Notes: generated by a model not told the origin, from the sequence alone. A stretch of DNA of 33,024 nt from Eledone cirrhosa (GCA_964016885.1 CAXHJY010000355.1:1-33024); one strand, 5' to 3'. Positions 1-11,256 are shown, counted from the stretch's first letter. Numbers and translations are program-made.

Positions 1-150
1 ATTAAAAAGAATTAAGAATTAAAAACTAAAAATTAAAGATTTAAAATTAAGTGTTGAGGCAAGATTTTTTCCTCTTCCTTGAGCCGATCAATAACGTGAG
101 CTTATCAATATTGAAACAATTGTAATATGCCAATAAAGTTTATATTTATG

Positions 151-214
151 CTGTTACTTTGGAGTCTCTCCTTGTTACTTTGGAGTTTATCCTTGTTACT
201 CTGGAGTTTCTCCT

Positions 215-217
<3 letters not shown>
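151..217. repeat. 21-bp tandem repeat, ~3 copies (tgttactttggagtyTmTcct)
   Basis: Three consecutive near-identical units are visible directly. Confidence 0.85.
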
Positions 218-254
<37 letters not shown>

Positions 255-257
<3 letters not shown>

Positions 258-485
258 TTAATATTAAAATAACATATGAAAGTTTAAGCAAAGAATCGCT
301 GCTTTCACCCTTAACGGGATCTTCAGAAGTTCCCGTTAAGGGTGAAAGCAGCGATTATTTGCTTAAACTTTAAACTGTACTTATTATAAATATTTGCTCT
401 GTTGCTTTTTATATACATATGTGTTTATATATATATGATCCTTATAGTGGCCTCTTTGGATTTTAGTCTTCACATTTATTATTAC
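255..485 (+). mobile_element. Fold-back element family A, copy 1 (Penelope-like pLTR derivative)
   Basis: Follows (TA)n 218-253. Near-perfect palindrome 279-371 centred on 325, then a tail (atttgctct...tttggattttagtcttca) shared with 3748-3838 and 18184-18276. Confidence 0.75.
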
Positions 486-488
486 TAT

Positions 489-597
489 CCCCGCCGAGGT
501 TAACTTTGCCTTTCATCCTTACGGAGTCGATAAAATAAAGTACCAGTAATGCACTGGGTAATTGCTGGCCTTGTGCCAAAAGTAGAAACAATTATTA

Positions 598-598
<1 letters not shown>
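489..598 (+). mobile_element. SINE 3' part (octopus-type tRNA-derived SINE family 1)
   Basis: aactttgcctttcatcct..gtcgataaaataaagtaccagtaatg..gctggccttgtgccaaaagtagaaacaa, repeated at 17440-17547, 19556-19730 (-), 19826-19980 and 19993-20209. Confidence 0.85.
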
Positions 599-645
<47 letters not shown>

Positions 646-911
646 CTACATATGTATATATGGCAATAGGTAAGTTTTTAATGTGGTATGTCTACGAAGC
701 GGTGTGGGTTTCGAATCCCAGTCGGAGCGATGCAACTTATTCAAATAATTCATTGACGTTACATATTGTCGCACCACCACCACCACTACGATCTCACCAC
801 CACCACCACCAACATCACAATGAAGAGCTACTTGCGCTATATGAAATTGCAAATACAACTTCCGGTGAGATGACATCTCCTTCCGGTTTCGATGTCTGTA
901 CGTAACCAGAT

Positions 912-1936
912 CTAAACAAATTTCGTTTTTCGCCGTTCTATGACGTCATCAGTAAATCTTCTAAGAATTTCTGTATAAATGCCATAACTGACTTGTTGTC
1001 TCTTTGACTGTTGAGTTTCTGGAACTTTGGTGCCAACGCCGAAAATAAATGAGAGGAATTCTTTCAACGATTTCCTTCTTCTTCTGTAACTACCACTACC
1101 ACCACCACTACTACTACTACCTCCACCACCAGAACCACCACTAGCACTACCACTACTATCACTACTACTACTACTACTAGTACCACCACTGGCACTATTA
1201 CTACTACTACCACCACCACCATCACTACTACTACACTCACTACTAGTACTACCAGCACCACCACTACTATACTACTACCACCACCACCATCACAACGACT
1301 ACGACTACTACCACCACCACCACAACCACCACTATCACTACTACTACTAATACCACGACCACCACCACAAGCACCACTACCAATACTACTACTATTATTG
1401 TGGTGATCGTAATGGTAGTGTCTGTGTTGATGGTGGTGGTTGTTGTGATGGTAATGGTGGTTATGGTTGTTGTAGTGGTGGTGGTAGTGGTGGTGGTAAT
1501 GGTGGTGGTGGTAATGGTGGTGGTGGTGGTGTTGGTGGTGATCGTGGTAGTGGTGGTGTAACGTGGTAGTGGCTGTGGTGGTTGTGGTAGTGGTGGTTGT
1601 GGTAGTGGCTGTGGTGGTTGTGGTAGTGGTGGTGGTGGTAGACGTGGTGGTGGTTGTGGTAGTGGTGGTAGCAGATGTGGTGGTGGTTGTGGTAGTGGTG
1701 GTGGTAGACGTGGTAGTGGTGGTGGTAGTGGTGATGGTTGTGGTAGTGGTGGTGGTAGACGTGGTGGTTGTGGTAGTGGTTGTGATAGTGGTGGTGGTTG
1801 TGGTAGTGGTGGTGGTTGTGGTAGTGGTGGTGGTAGTGGTGGTAGACGTGGTTGTGGTAGTGGTGGTGGTAGACGTGGTAGAGGTAGTGGTAGTGGAGGT
1901 AGTGGTTGTGGTATACGAACCAATTCCTACATTTCC
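912..1936 (-). CDS. Tentative low-complexity coding exon: Thr-rich, His-rich, Gly/Ser-rich blocks, then a unique tail YRRRRKSLKEFLSFIFGVGTKVPETQQSKRQQVSYGIYTEILRRFTDDVIERRKTKFV*; needs one frameshift near 1270
   Basis: Manual translation: one minus frame is open 1936-1271 (T/H/GS blocks) and a second is open 1271-912. No start codon or strong splice acceptor seen. Triplet repeats stay open easily, so support is weak. Confidence 0.2.
1089..1912. repeat. Degenerate trinucleotide repeats (ACY)n then (GTG/GTA/GTT)n, with a strand switch near 1395
   Basis: Directly visible. Confidence 0.9.
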
Positions 1937-1970
1937 TCATTTCCCACTACACGTGATCATGGGAAATTGT

Positions 1971-2053
1971 TATTGGGTCGTCAAGTATGCAATTTGTAGA
2001 AATTTATAGAAAAAAAACAAATTTATACAAATTTCATACTTGACGACACAATA
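1971..2053. repeat. Small inverted repeat / hairpin (35-bp arms, 13-nt loop), possibly a MITE remnant
   Basis: tattgggtcgtcaagtatgcaatttgtagaaattt (1971-2005) pairs with aaatttatacaaatttcatacttgacgacacaata (2019-2053), with about 3 mismatches. Confidence 0.75.
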
Positions 2054-2061
2054 TTTACCAC

Positions 2062-2320
2062 AGTCTCGGGTCAACCCGTTGCTTAGGAGTGAAATTGGGT
2101 AGACAGAAACTGTTTGGAAGCTTGTCAAATGGACTGTGCCTTTAATTCACAGAACCAGCCTTGACACACTCTGTATCATGCTGAATCTCCGTAACAGTTA
2201 CGTCAAAGGTACTCGTGTCTGTGAAAAACAGAGTCACTAGCAAGTTAATTTCATCAGTAGGCTGTTCTATTGATCGGACAACTGGAACAAACATCGTCAA
2301 AACCGACGGAAACCCATTCC
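2062..2320 (+). mobile_element. SINE family 2 (octopus-type), diverged copy
   Basis: The reverse complement of 2160-2310 aligns by eye with 26395-26530. The motifs ggtagacagaaactg and ttgatcggacaactggaac match my recollection of an abundant octopus SINE. Confidence 0.65.
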
Positions 2321-2330
2321 ATTCCCAAAA

Positions 2331-2388
2331 TATACACATACATTCGTAATACATACACATATATCTACACATATACATACACATACAA

Positions 2389-2421
<33 letters not shown>

Positions 2422-2586
2422 TATATATATATACACACACACATATATATATACACACACACACACATATATATACACACACACATATATATATATACAC
2501 ACACACACACATATATACACACACATATATACACACACACACATATATATATACACACACACATATATATACACACACATATATAT

Positions 2587-2618
<32 letters not shown>

Positions 2619-2698
2619 GAAGAAATGTATATACAGATGCGATGATAAAGGTGATATTCATGATTAGAATTATAAACAAAAAGAGAGGAAAAGAGCGG

Positions 2699-2793
<95 letters not shown>
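2331..2793. repeat. Compound (TA)n/(CA)n/(GA)n microsatellite
   Basis: Directly visible. Confidence 0.95.
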
Positions 2794-2796
<3 letters not shown>

Positions 2797-2885
2797 TGCA
2801 TGTTAACATTAAGAACGCATATAGTGTTTCATTATAGTCTGAGAAAAGAAGTATGCTGTGAGTGTATGTGCATATATATATATAT

Positions 2886-3540
2886 CTGATTTGCTAAGCT
2901 GTCTGAAGGTATTGTTATTACTCTGGGGTTCTTTTCCCCATCCGAGTGCTAAAGCTACAGACCAATTCTGCATTCGTTAGCTTGGCCGTGTTCTAAAGCT
3001 TCGTTAATGCTGTACTAAAATTTATATAGGTTTCTTGGTGAGGAGGGTGACTTTGGACATCCTGCAGGACTAAAAACAAAACCTGTCAAAGGGCAAAGGA
3101 GCTCTTAAGATGCAATGGCCATCCAAAATCACCGGGAGAGATGATCCCTTAGCCTTTGTCAAGGCAGAATTCTAGGAGAAGGAAAACTCTGATATAACAC
3201 CTGCAACCCTGATGGTATCCAATGATGTTGACTTGTTCTTCTTTTTGGTAAATATCATTTCTGTTAAGAGAGTGGGACTGGCTTTGTGCAGTGCCTTTGC
3301 TCACTATAAAAGCTTCACGGCACAGGCATTGCTTTATATCTGGAGATCTCTCTGCACTTGTCGTCACATGGTACCATGGGCCCAGTACTATGTGTCAATA
3401 ATTGTCGCAGGTGTAGTGTTTGTACCAGAGTTTTCAAGTCGCTGGCTGGACTAAAAAGTCACACTCGTTCAGCGTATCGGTAGGGGTTCTCCTACATGGA
3501 TATAAAGTAGTGGCCGTACTCGAAAACGAGTTGGCAGCCA

Positions 3541-3542
<2 letters not shown>
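2886..3542 (-). pseudogene. Possible decayed retroelement ORF fragment (Penelope N-terminal-like) between two (TA)n tracts
   Basis: Complex sequence bounded by (TA)n on both sides. Minus-strand VFLLLEFCLDKG*GIISPG loosely resembles the FLxxCxxxxIxPxG motif I recall from PLE ORF N-termini. Multiple stops. Confidence 0.2.
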
Positions 3543-3600
<58 letters not shown>

Positions 3601-3603
<3 letters not shown>

Positions 3604-3838
3604 TTATTAAAATAACAGATTAAAGTTTAAGCAAAGAATCGCTGCTTTCACCCTTAACGGGATCTTCTGAAACTAACAAAGTCAATCTGTAAACGCAGAA
3701 GTGGGTATTTCAAAAAACATTGCAACCGGAGGAAGACAGGAAGACGAAATATTTGCTCTATGGTTCTTATATATTTGATATATATTTATCCTTATCGAAC
3801 CTTCTTTGGATTTTAGTCTTCAAATTTATTATTATTAC
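3601..3838 (+). mobile_element. Fold-back family A, copy 2 (inverted arm + spacer + tail; sense arm missing)
   Basis: 3607-3667 matches 18059-18120 and 3748-3838 matches the family A tail. Flanked by (TA)n on both sides. Confidence 0.75.
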
Positions 3839-3865
3839 TATATATATATATATATATATATAGTT

Positions 3866-4105
3866 TTAATATAGATGAGATTCAACAGGACTAGAACTGT
3901 TTCATTCTTTAGAAATCATCAGGAATCTGGGTATCAAAAAAATAAATATGGTATTTATAGGTCTCTTCAGGTGGTAGGAGAGGGTAGGGAGTGGGATGGG
4001 TAGAGGTCATTGGTTGATAGAAAAGGGAATTCATTAAAAGCTAATTCTTCAAAGCTATAGTTTATATTTAGAGTAACAAAGGCAGAAAGAATTCTATAAA
4101 CAAGT
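3866..4105 (-). mobile_element. Family B copy 1 (single arm) with a hammerhead-like core on the minus strand (CTGATGA-tttctaaagaat-GAAAC)
   Basis: caggactagaactgtttc..agaaatca..ggtatttata..gtaggagagggt is shared with 24920-25050. Flanked by (TA)n. Confidence 0.65.
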
Positions 4106-4283
4106 TATATATATATATATAAATATATAAATATATATATATATATATATATGCAAAAGTTATATTTAAAATTGTAGGGTTACAACGAGTAAATATTTTA
4201 TAACTGATATAAAAGCACTCAACAGATTTTGGAGTAGGTTTACGATATTAAACAAATGGAGACTATATTTATAAAACCATATT

Positions 4284-4349
4284 TATTTCATTATATATAT
4301 TTCAGGGATACCATATTAAAAATATGGTATGCCTTCCTCAGACAAAATA
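4284..4349 (-). ncRNA. Type I hammerhead ribozyme (mirror copy of 4460-4525)
   Basis: Reverse complement reads tattttgt-CTGAGGA-stem II-GAAA-tatata-TA-atgaaata. Confidence 0.8.
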
Positions 4350-4459
4350 CAATATATAAACCGTTTTATAAATAAATTTGACTACCAAATCAACTTTTTA
4401 AATGGAAGTTGCACTGTTCTAGGTATGTCAAATTTATTTATAAAACGGTTTATATATTG

Positions 4460-4525
4460 TATTTTGTCTGAGGAAGGCATACCATATTTTTAATATGGTA
4501 TCCCTGAAATATATATAATGAAATA
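4460..4525 (+). ncRNA. Type I hammerhead ribozyme
   Basis: Stem I tattttgt/atgaaata (2 GU pairs); core CTGAGGA 4468-4474; stem II agg-c-ataccatatt/ttt/aatatggtat-c-cct; GAAA 4506-4509; palindromic stem III tatata; UA cleavage site at 4516-4517. Confidence 0.8.
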
Positions 4526-4827
4526 AATATGGTTTTATAAATATAGTCTCCATTTGTTTAATATCGTATATATATATATATATATATATAAAGAGAAAAA
4601 AAAAAAGAGAGAGAGAGAGAGAGAGAGTGATGGGTGGGAGAAGGAATTGTTGGACGTTTGGTTTTAGAAACGAAGGAGAAGTACTCAACACATTAAATAA
4701 TGTGTATGTATCAAATTAGAAGCTGACGATTATGAAATCTTAACATTGATGTTCACGTAGGCGATAATTCAAACGACTGAGGCAGAAAGCAGTATGGTAA
4801 TATATAAACAGAAATATTCATAATCAC

Positions 4828-5268
4828 ATCCTAGCCACTGTTGAGTCCCTCCTGCTTTACGGCAGTGAAACGTGGACTATTGACAAAGTGCTATGCAAAA
4901 GACTTGACGGATGTTACACGAGGATGTTGAGAATGGTTCTCAACATTTCTTGGAAACAGAAGCTGACAAATAAGGAACTATACAGATCACCACGGCCAGT
5001 CTAAAAAAAAGTTGCCTGCAGATGAACGAAACTGGCTGGGCACTGCATCCGTCATCCAGAAAAGATAGCATCACAACTTGTGCTCTGGAAATCGGCGGTC
5101 GGACGAAGAAGCGTGGGAAGACAGGCCGTCTCGTTCATTGATACCCTGCTGAGAGATGCCAACATTGATAAAATCGATGAGCTGAGAAATGTCATGCTCG
5201 ACCGGGACCATTGAAGAAGGCGTGCTGAATCTTTGGTAGTGTAACCTCAGCCAGATTAAGATTAAGAT
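4828..5268 (+). mobile_element. 5'-truncated, decayed RTE-clade LINE (C-terminus after the RT domain) with short (agatta)n tail
   Basis: Translates ILATVESLLLYGSETWTIDKVLCKRLDGCYTRMLRMVLNISWKQKLTNKELY...KLAGHCIRHPEKIASQLVLW...GRRSVGRQ...MLDRDH*RRR. LLYGxETW and GHxxR are typical RTE C-terminal motifs. Three in-frame stops. Confidence 0.85.
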
Positions 5269-5666
5269 AACTATTCACTGGAATTTGACTGTTTGCCATT
5301 GTTTTCCGAAAACCTGTCAAAAATGCGTCACACAAGTGCCTATTCTTTTGCTATGCGAAGAACACGCAACAACGGAGGCCATGCTTACATGTTAGTATCA
5401 TATGTGTAAAACACGCAAAAGCAAAAGCAAAAACAAAAAAAAAAAAAAAAAAAAAAAAAGGTTGCTATTATTGAATATTCTTTCTTTTTTTCTTTTTCAT
5501 TATATGAACATTTTCTGGACATGGCAGATCCGTTACGAAGGAAATAAATTATTTACATTAGTTGGTAGCCTCAAATTTCTCAGTAAATATTGACGAAAGG
5601 GTCTGCAGGAATTCACCAATTCAGAATCTTTTGTTTTAAGAGTGCAAAAGGCTGTATTAGGGATAT

Positions 5667-8600
5667 TGCTGTGCGAGAGTACGACGCCCCCCACCCCCTG
5701 GCGAGAATGGGCTGGACCACTACATATAAATAGTAGCGGCCTGCGTAAGCGGGAAGTTGGCACAAGTTCCATAGTTCGTGTGTTGGTAGTCAAAGTTGGT
5801 ATTAGTTGGTACTAGTTCCACAGTTCTTGTGTTGATAGTCAAAGTTAGTACTAGTTGGTACTAGTTCCACAGTTCGTGTGTTGATAGTCAAAGTTGGTAC
5901 TAGTTCCACCGTTCCTGTGTTGGTAGTCACAGTTGGTACTAGTTCCACCGTTCGTGTATTGATAGTCACAGTCGGTACTAGTTCCACAGTTCGTGTGTTG
6001 ATAGTCAAAGTTGGTACTAGTTCCACCGTTCGTGTGTTGATCGTCAAAGTTGGTACTAGTTCCACAGTTCCTGTGTTGGTAGTCACAGTTGGTACTAGTT
6101 CCACCGTTCGTGTATTGATAGTCACAGTCGGTACTAGTTCCACAGTTCGTGTGTTGATAGTCAAAGTTGGTACTAGTTCCACAGTTCATGTGTTGATCGT
6201 CAAAGTTGGTACTAGTTCCACCGTTCGTGTGTTGATAGTCAAAGTTGGTACGAGTTCCACCGTTCGTGTATTGATAGTCACAGTCGGTACTAGTTCCACA
6301 GTTCGTGTGTTGATAGTCAAAGTCGGTACTAGTTCCACAGTTCATGTGTTGATCGTCAAAGTTGGTACTAGTTCCACAGTTCGTGTGTTGATAGTCAAAG
6401 TTGGTACGAGTTCCACCGTTCGTGTATTGATAGTCACAGTCGGTACTAGTTCCACAGTTCGTGTGTTGATAGTCAAAGTCGGTACTAGTTCCACAGTTCA
6501 TGTGTTGATAGTCAAAGTTGGTACTAGTTCCACCGTTCGTGTATTGATAGTCACAGTCGGTACTAGTTCCACAGTTCGTGTGTTGATAGTCAAAGTCGGT
6601 ACTAGTTCCACAGTTCATGTGTTGATCGTCAAAGTTGGTAGTAGTTCCACAGTTCGTGTGTTGATAGTCAAAGTTGGTACTAGTTCCACAGTTCATGTGT
6701 TGATCGTCAAAGTTGGTACTAGTTCCACAGTTCGTGTGTTGATCGTCAAAGTTGGTACTAGTTCCACAGTTCGTGTGTTGGTAGTCAAAGTTGGTACGAG
6801 TTCCACCGTTCGTGTGTTGATAGTCAAAGTTGGTACTAGTTCCACAGTTCATGTGTTGATCGTCAAAGTTGGTACTAGTTCCACAGTTCGTGTGTTGGTA
6901 GTCAAAGTTGGTACGAGTTCCACCGTTCTTGTGTTGATAGTCAAAGTTGGTACTAGTTCCACAGTTCGTGTATTGGTCGTCAAAGTTGGTACTAGTTCCA
7001 CAGTTCGTGTGTTGATAGTCAAAGTTGGTACTAGTTCCACAGTTCGTGTGTTGGTAGTCAAAGTTGGTACTAGTTCCACAGTTCGTGTGTTGGTAGTCAA
7101 AGTTGGTACTAGTTCCACAGTTCGTGTATTGGTCGTCAAAGTTGGTACTAGTTCCACAGTTCGTGTGTTGATAGTCAAAGTTAGTACTAGTTCCACAGTT
7201 CGTGTGTTGATAGTCTAAGTTAGTACTAGTTCCACCGTTCGTGTGTTGATAGTCAAAGTTGGTACTAGTTCCACAGTTCGTGTATTGGTCGTCAAAGTTG
7301 GTACTAGTTCCACAGTTCGTGTGTTGATAGTCAAAGTTGGTACTAGTTCCACAGTTCGTGTGTTGGTCGTCAAGTTGGTACTAGTTCCACTGTTCGTGTG
7401 TTGGTAGTCAAGTTGGTACTAGTTCCACAGTTCGTGTGTTGATAGTCAAAGTTGGTACTAGTTCCACAGTTCGTGTGTTGATCGTCAAAGTTGGTACTAG
7501 TTCCACAGTTCGTGTGTTGGTAGTCAAAGTTGGTACTAGTTCCACAGTTCGTGTATTGGTCGTCAAAGTTGGTACTAGTTCCACAGTTCGTGTGTTGATA
7601 GTCAAAGTTGGTACTAGTTCCACAGTTCGTGTATTGGTCGTCAAAGTTGGTACTAGTTCCACAGTTCGTGTGTTGATAGTCAAAGTTGGTACTAGTTCCA
7701 CAGTTCGTGTGTTGGTCGTCAAAGTTGGTACTAGTTCCACAGTTCATGTGTTGATCGTCAAAGTTGGTACTAGTTCCACAGTTCGTGTGTTGGTAGTCAA
7801 GTTGGTACTAGTTCCACTGTTCGTGTGTTGGTAGTCAAGTTGGTACTAGTTCCACAGTTCGTGTGTTGATAGTCAAAGTTGGTACGAGTTCCACCGTTCG
7901 TGTGTTGGTCGTCAAAGTTGGTACTAGTTCCACAGTTCGTGTGTTGGTAGTCAAAGTTGGTACGAGTTCCACCGTTCGTGTGTTGGTCGTCAAAGTTGGT
8001 ACTAGTTCCACAGTTCATGTGTTGATCGTCAAAGTTGGTACTAGTTCCACAGTTCATGTGTTGATCGTCAAAGTTGGTACTAGTTCCACAGTTCGTGTGT
8101 TGATAGTCAAGTTGGTACTAGTTCCACAGTTCGTGTGTTGATAGTCAAGTTGGTACTAGTTCCACAGTTCATGTGTTGATCGTCAAAGTTGGTACTAGTT
8201 CCACAGTTCGTGTGTTGGTAGTCAAAGTTGGTACGAGTTCCACCGTTCGTGTGTTGATAGTCAAAGTTGGTACTAGTTCCACAGTTCGTGTATTGATAGT
8301 CAAGTTGGTACTAGTTCCACAGTTCGTGTGTTGATAGTCAAGTTGGTACTAGTTCCACAGTTCGTGTGTTGATAGTCAAGTTGGTACTAGTTCCACAGTT
8401 CATGTGTTGATAGTCAAAGTTGGTACTAGTTCCACAGTTCGTGTGTTGGTAGTCAAGTTGGTACTAGTTCCACAGTTCGTGTGTTGATAGTCAAAGTTGG
8501 TACTAGTTCCACAGTTCGTGTGTTGATAGTCAAAGTTGGTACTAGTTCCACAGTTCGTGTGTTGATAGTCAAAGTTGGTACTAGTTCCACAGTTCGTGTG

Positions 8601-9035
8601 TTGATAGTCAAAGTTGGTACTAGTTCCACAGTTCGTGTATTGATAGTCGAAGCTGGTACTAGTTCCACAGTTCGTGTATTGATAGTCGAAGCTGGTACTA
8701 GTTCCACAGTTCGTGTGTTGATAGTCAAAGTTGGTACTAGTTCCACCGTTCGTGTATTGATAGTCGAAGTTGGTACTAGTTCCTCAGTTCGTGTGTTGGT
8801 CGTCAAAGTTGGTACTAGTTCCACCGTTCGTGTGTTGATAGTAAAAGTTGGTACTAGTTCCACAGTTCGTGTATTGATAGTCGAAGCTGGTACTAGTTCC
8901 ACAGTTTGAGTTACCGTGTTGGATTTTTGGTTCTTAAAATATTGTTGTTCCGTTACGTGTGGTTATTGCCGTTTGATTCGATTATATTGTTATTACACTG
9001 TTGCAGTGTATTCGTTTATCCATAAGGACATAACA
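5667..9035 (+). mobile_element. Candidate solo LTR inflated by an internal minisatellite
   Basis: Starts TGctgtg and ends cataaCA (imperfect terminal inverted repeat, 5/7). Flanks are gatat/tatat (4/5 match). TATAAATA at 5725-5732 lies ~30 nt before AGTT at the start of the array. Confidence 0.4.
5755..8906. repeat. 39-bp minisatellite, ~80 units (gttggtactagttccacagttcgtgtgttgatagtcaaa)
   Basis: Head-to-tail units with no spacers. 38-bp variants occur from ~7370 and gtcgaagctggt variants near 8645-8890. Confidence 0.97.
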
Positions 9036-9196
9036 TATATTATACTTCTCCGAGATTAATCTGTGTTCATTAATTTAAGGGAGACCAATCGATATGAACG
9101 TGGTTAATATTGCACACCCTTTATACTCCAGATATATTTAGGGGACAAGAATTGGAATGTTTACATCGTTTGCGTGTGAATGTGTGTTTGTATAAA

Positions 9197-9274
9197 CAGG
9201 ATGTCCCCCAAAATGTATACATACTTAAACAGCATTCTAATAAAAGTGTGTATACATTTTTGGGAGACACCCTG
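9197..9274. mobile_element. 78-bp Tc1/mariner-type MITE
   Basis: TIRs caggatgtcccccaaaatgtataca / tgtatacatttttgggagacaccctg. TA follows the right end; the left flank is AA (presumably mutated TA). Confidence 0.7.
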
Positions 9275-9637
9275 TATGTGTGTGTTTATGTATGGGTAAA
9301 TGTGCATGTTAATGTGTGCATATATGTATATGTTTATGTGTGTATATATATGTGTATGCTTATGTGTGTGTGTTTATTTGTGTATATATGTGTATGTTTA
9401 TGTGTGTATATATGTGTGTGCATGTGTGTGTATGTTTATGTGTGTATATATGTGTGCATGTTTATGTATATGCTTATGTGTGTGCATATGTGTATGCTTG
9501 TGTGTGTGTATATGTGTGTTTATGTGTGTGTTTATTTGTGTATATATGTGTGTGTTTATGTGTATATATATGTGTGTGAGTGTGACGAATTGATAAACGC
9601 TAACTGGTTGAGCGACCATCAGCACCTCCAAGCGAGG

Positions 9638-10495
9638 ATGGTGGCAGTGGTGGTGATACCAGTGGTAGTGGTGGTAGTGGTAGTGGTGGTGGCAGTGGTG
9701 ATGTTGGTGGTAGTGGAAGTGGTAGTGGTGGTAGTGGTGGTGGTAGCGGTGATGTTGGTGGTAGTGGAAGTGGTAGTGGTGGTAGTGGTGTTGTTGGTAG
9801 TGGTGGTAGTGGTGATGTTGGTGGTAGTGGTGATAGTGGTGATGTTGGTGGTAGTGGAAGTGGTGGTAGTGGTGATAGTGGTGATGTTGGTGGTAGTGGA
9901 AGTGGTGGTAGTGGTGATAGTGGTGATGTTGGTGGTAGTGGAAGTGGTGATGTTGGTGATGTTGGTGGTAGTGGTGATGTTGGTGGTAGTGGTAGTGGTG
10001 GTAGTGGTGTTGTTGGTGGTGGTGGTGATGTTGGTGGTAGTGGTGATGGTAGTGGTAGTGGTGGTAGTATAGTGGTGGTAGTGGTGGTGGTGGTGGTGGT
10101 GGTGGTAGTGGTAGCAGTTTTTAGGTGATAATGATGATATAGTAGTAGTGATGGATGATGGCGTTATTGTTGTGGCGATAGTAGCCCTAGTGGTGGTGGT
10201 GGTGGTAGTAGTAGTAGTGTTGGTAGTCGTGGTGTTAGTAGTAGTAGTAGTAATAATAGTAGTAGTTGCTGTTGAAGTAGTAGTAGTTGTTGAAGTAATT
10301 GGAGCAGTATTAGTAGCAGTAGCAGTTGTTGTAGCGGTAGCAGTATAAGTGGTAGTGGAGTCGGTGGTAGTAGTAGTACAAGTAGTAGTGTTTTTGTTGG
10401 TAGTAGTAGTAGTAGTAGTGGTGTTGGTAGTAGTAGTAGTAGTAGTAGTAGTGGCGGTGGTGTTGGTGGTAGTAGTAGTAGCAGTGACATTGCAG

Positions 10496-10529
<34 letters not shown>

Positions 10530-10578
10530 CAGTGGTGTTGGTAGTAATAGTAGTAGTAGTAGTGGTGTTGGTGGTAGT
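9638..10578. repeat. Degenerate (GTG/GTA)n trinucleotide repeat
   Basis: Directly visible. Confidence 0.92.
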
Positions 10579-10676
10579 AAGAACAAAATAAAAATGTAGT
10601 TTATTTACTTTTTCACTTTATCATGTTTTTCTTGTGTTAACTGGCTGTCAACTCAGCTGGAAGTGGAGATATATTT

Positions 10677-10758
<82 letters not shown>

Positions 10759-11142
10759 TTATATATACATACATATATATATATATATACATACATATAT
10801 ATATACATACATATGTAGATAGATATCTTTCTTTTTTTTTTTTAGATAGATATATAAACACACACACACACACATATATATATTTATATATTTATATATA
10901 CATACATATATATATATATATATATACATACATATATATATACATACATATGTAGATAGATATCTTTCTTCTTTTTTTTTAGATAGATATATAAACACAT
11001 ACACACACACACATATATATAAAGACACAAATATATTCATATATATATATACATATATACACATATATATGTGCATATTTGCACATACATATACGTATAT
11101 ACATACATGTATATATATACACGCAAATACACACATGTGTGC

Positions 11143-11200
<58 letters not shown>

Positions 11201-11206
11201 GTGTTA

Positions 11207-11253
11207 TTAAGTTAGACAAGGCCTGGGCCAATACTGGCGGAAACCCATCAAAG

Positions 11254-11256
<3 letters not shown>
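11207..11256 (+). repeat. ~50-bp dispersed repeat in (TA)n; second copy inverted at 27336-27385
   Basis: taagttagacaaggcctgggccaatactggcggaaacccatcaaagtta versus reverse complement taagttggacatggcctgggccaatactggccgaaacctatcaaagtta. Confidence 0.75.

Larger units (their letters stand above)
4154..4568 (-). mobile_element. Fold-back family C copy 1: 142-bp inverted arms (4241-4382 / 4427-4568), 44-nt spacer, tail 4154-4240
   Basis: Arms appear perfectly complementary. Homologous to 20857-21285 and 27965-28232. (TA)n on both sides. Confidence 0.85.

Noticed and set aside
669-730. tRNA gene (ggtttcgaatccc B-box)
   Set aside because: I could not build a cloverleaf. At most a decayed tRNA-derived SINE head.
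2142-2310. Protein-like segment FVPVVRSIEQPTDEINLLVTLFFTDTSTFDV
   Set aside because: It is the antisense of SINE family 2, with a second copy at 26395-26530.
4723-4742. Hammerhead core CTGACGA-ttat-GAAA
   Set aside because: No stem II, stem I or palindromic stem III. Likely chance.
5755-8906. CRISPR array or repeat-protein gene (446-aa and 333-aa ORFs)
   Set aside because: Units are head-to-tail with no unique spacers and no cas genes. Frames are open on both strands only because 39 is a multiple of 3, and 38-bp units break them.
9110-10591. Val-rich or Cys/Val/Tyr-rich membrane protein ORFs
   Set aside because: Microsatellite translations with no unique domain.
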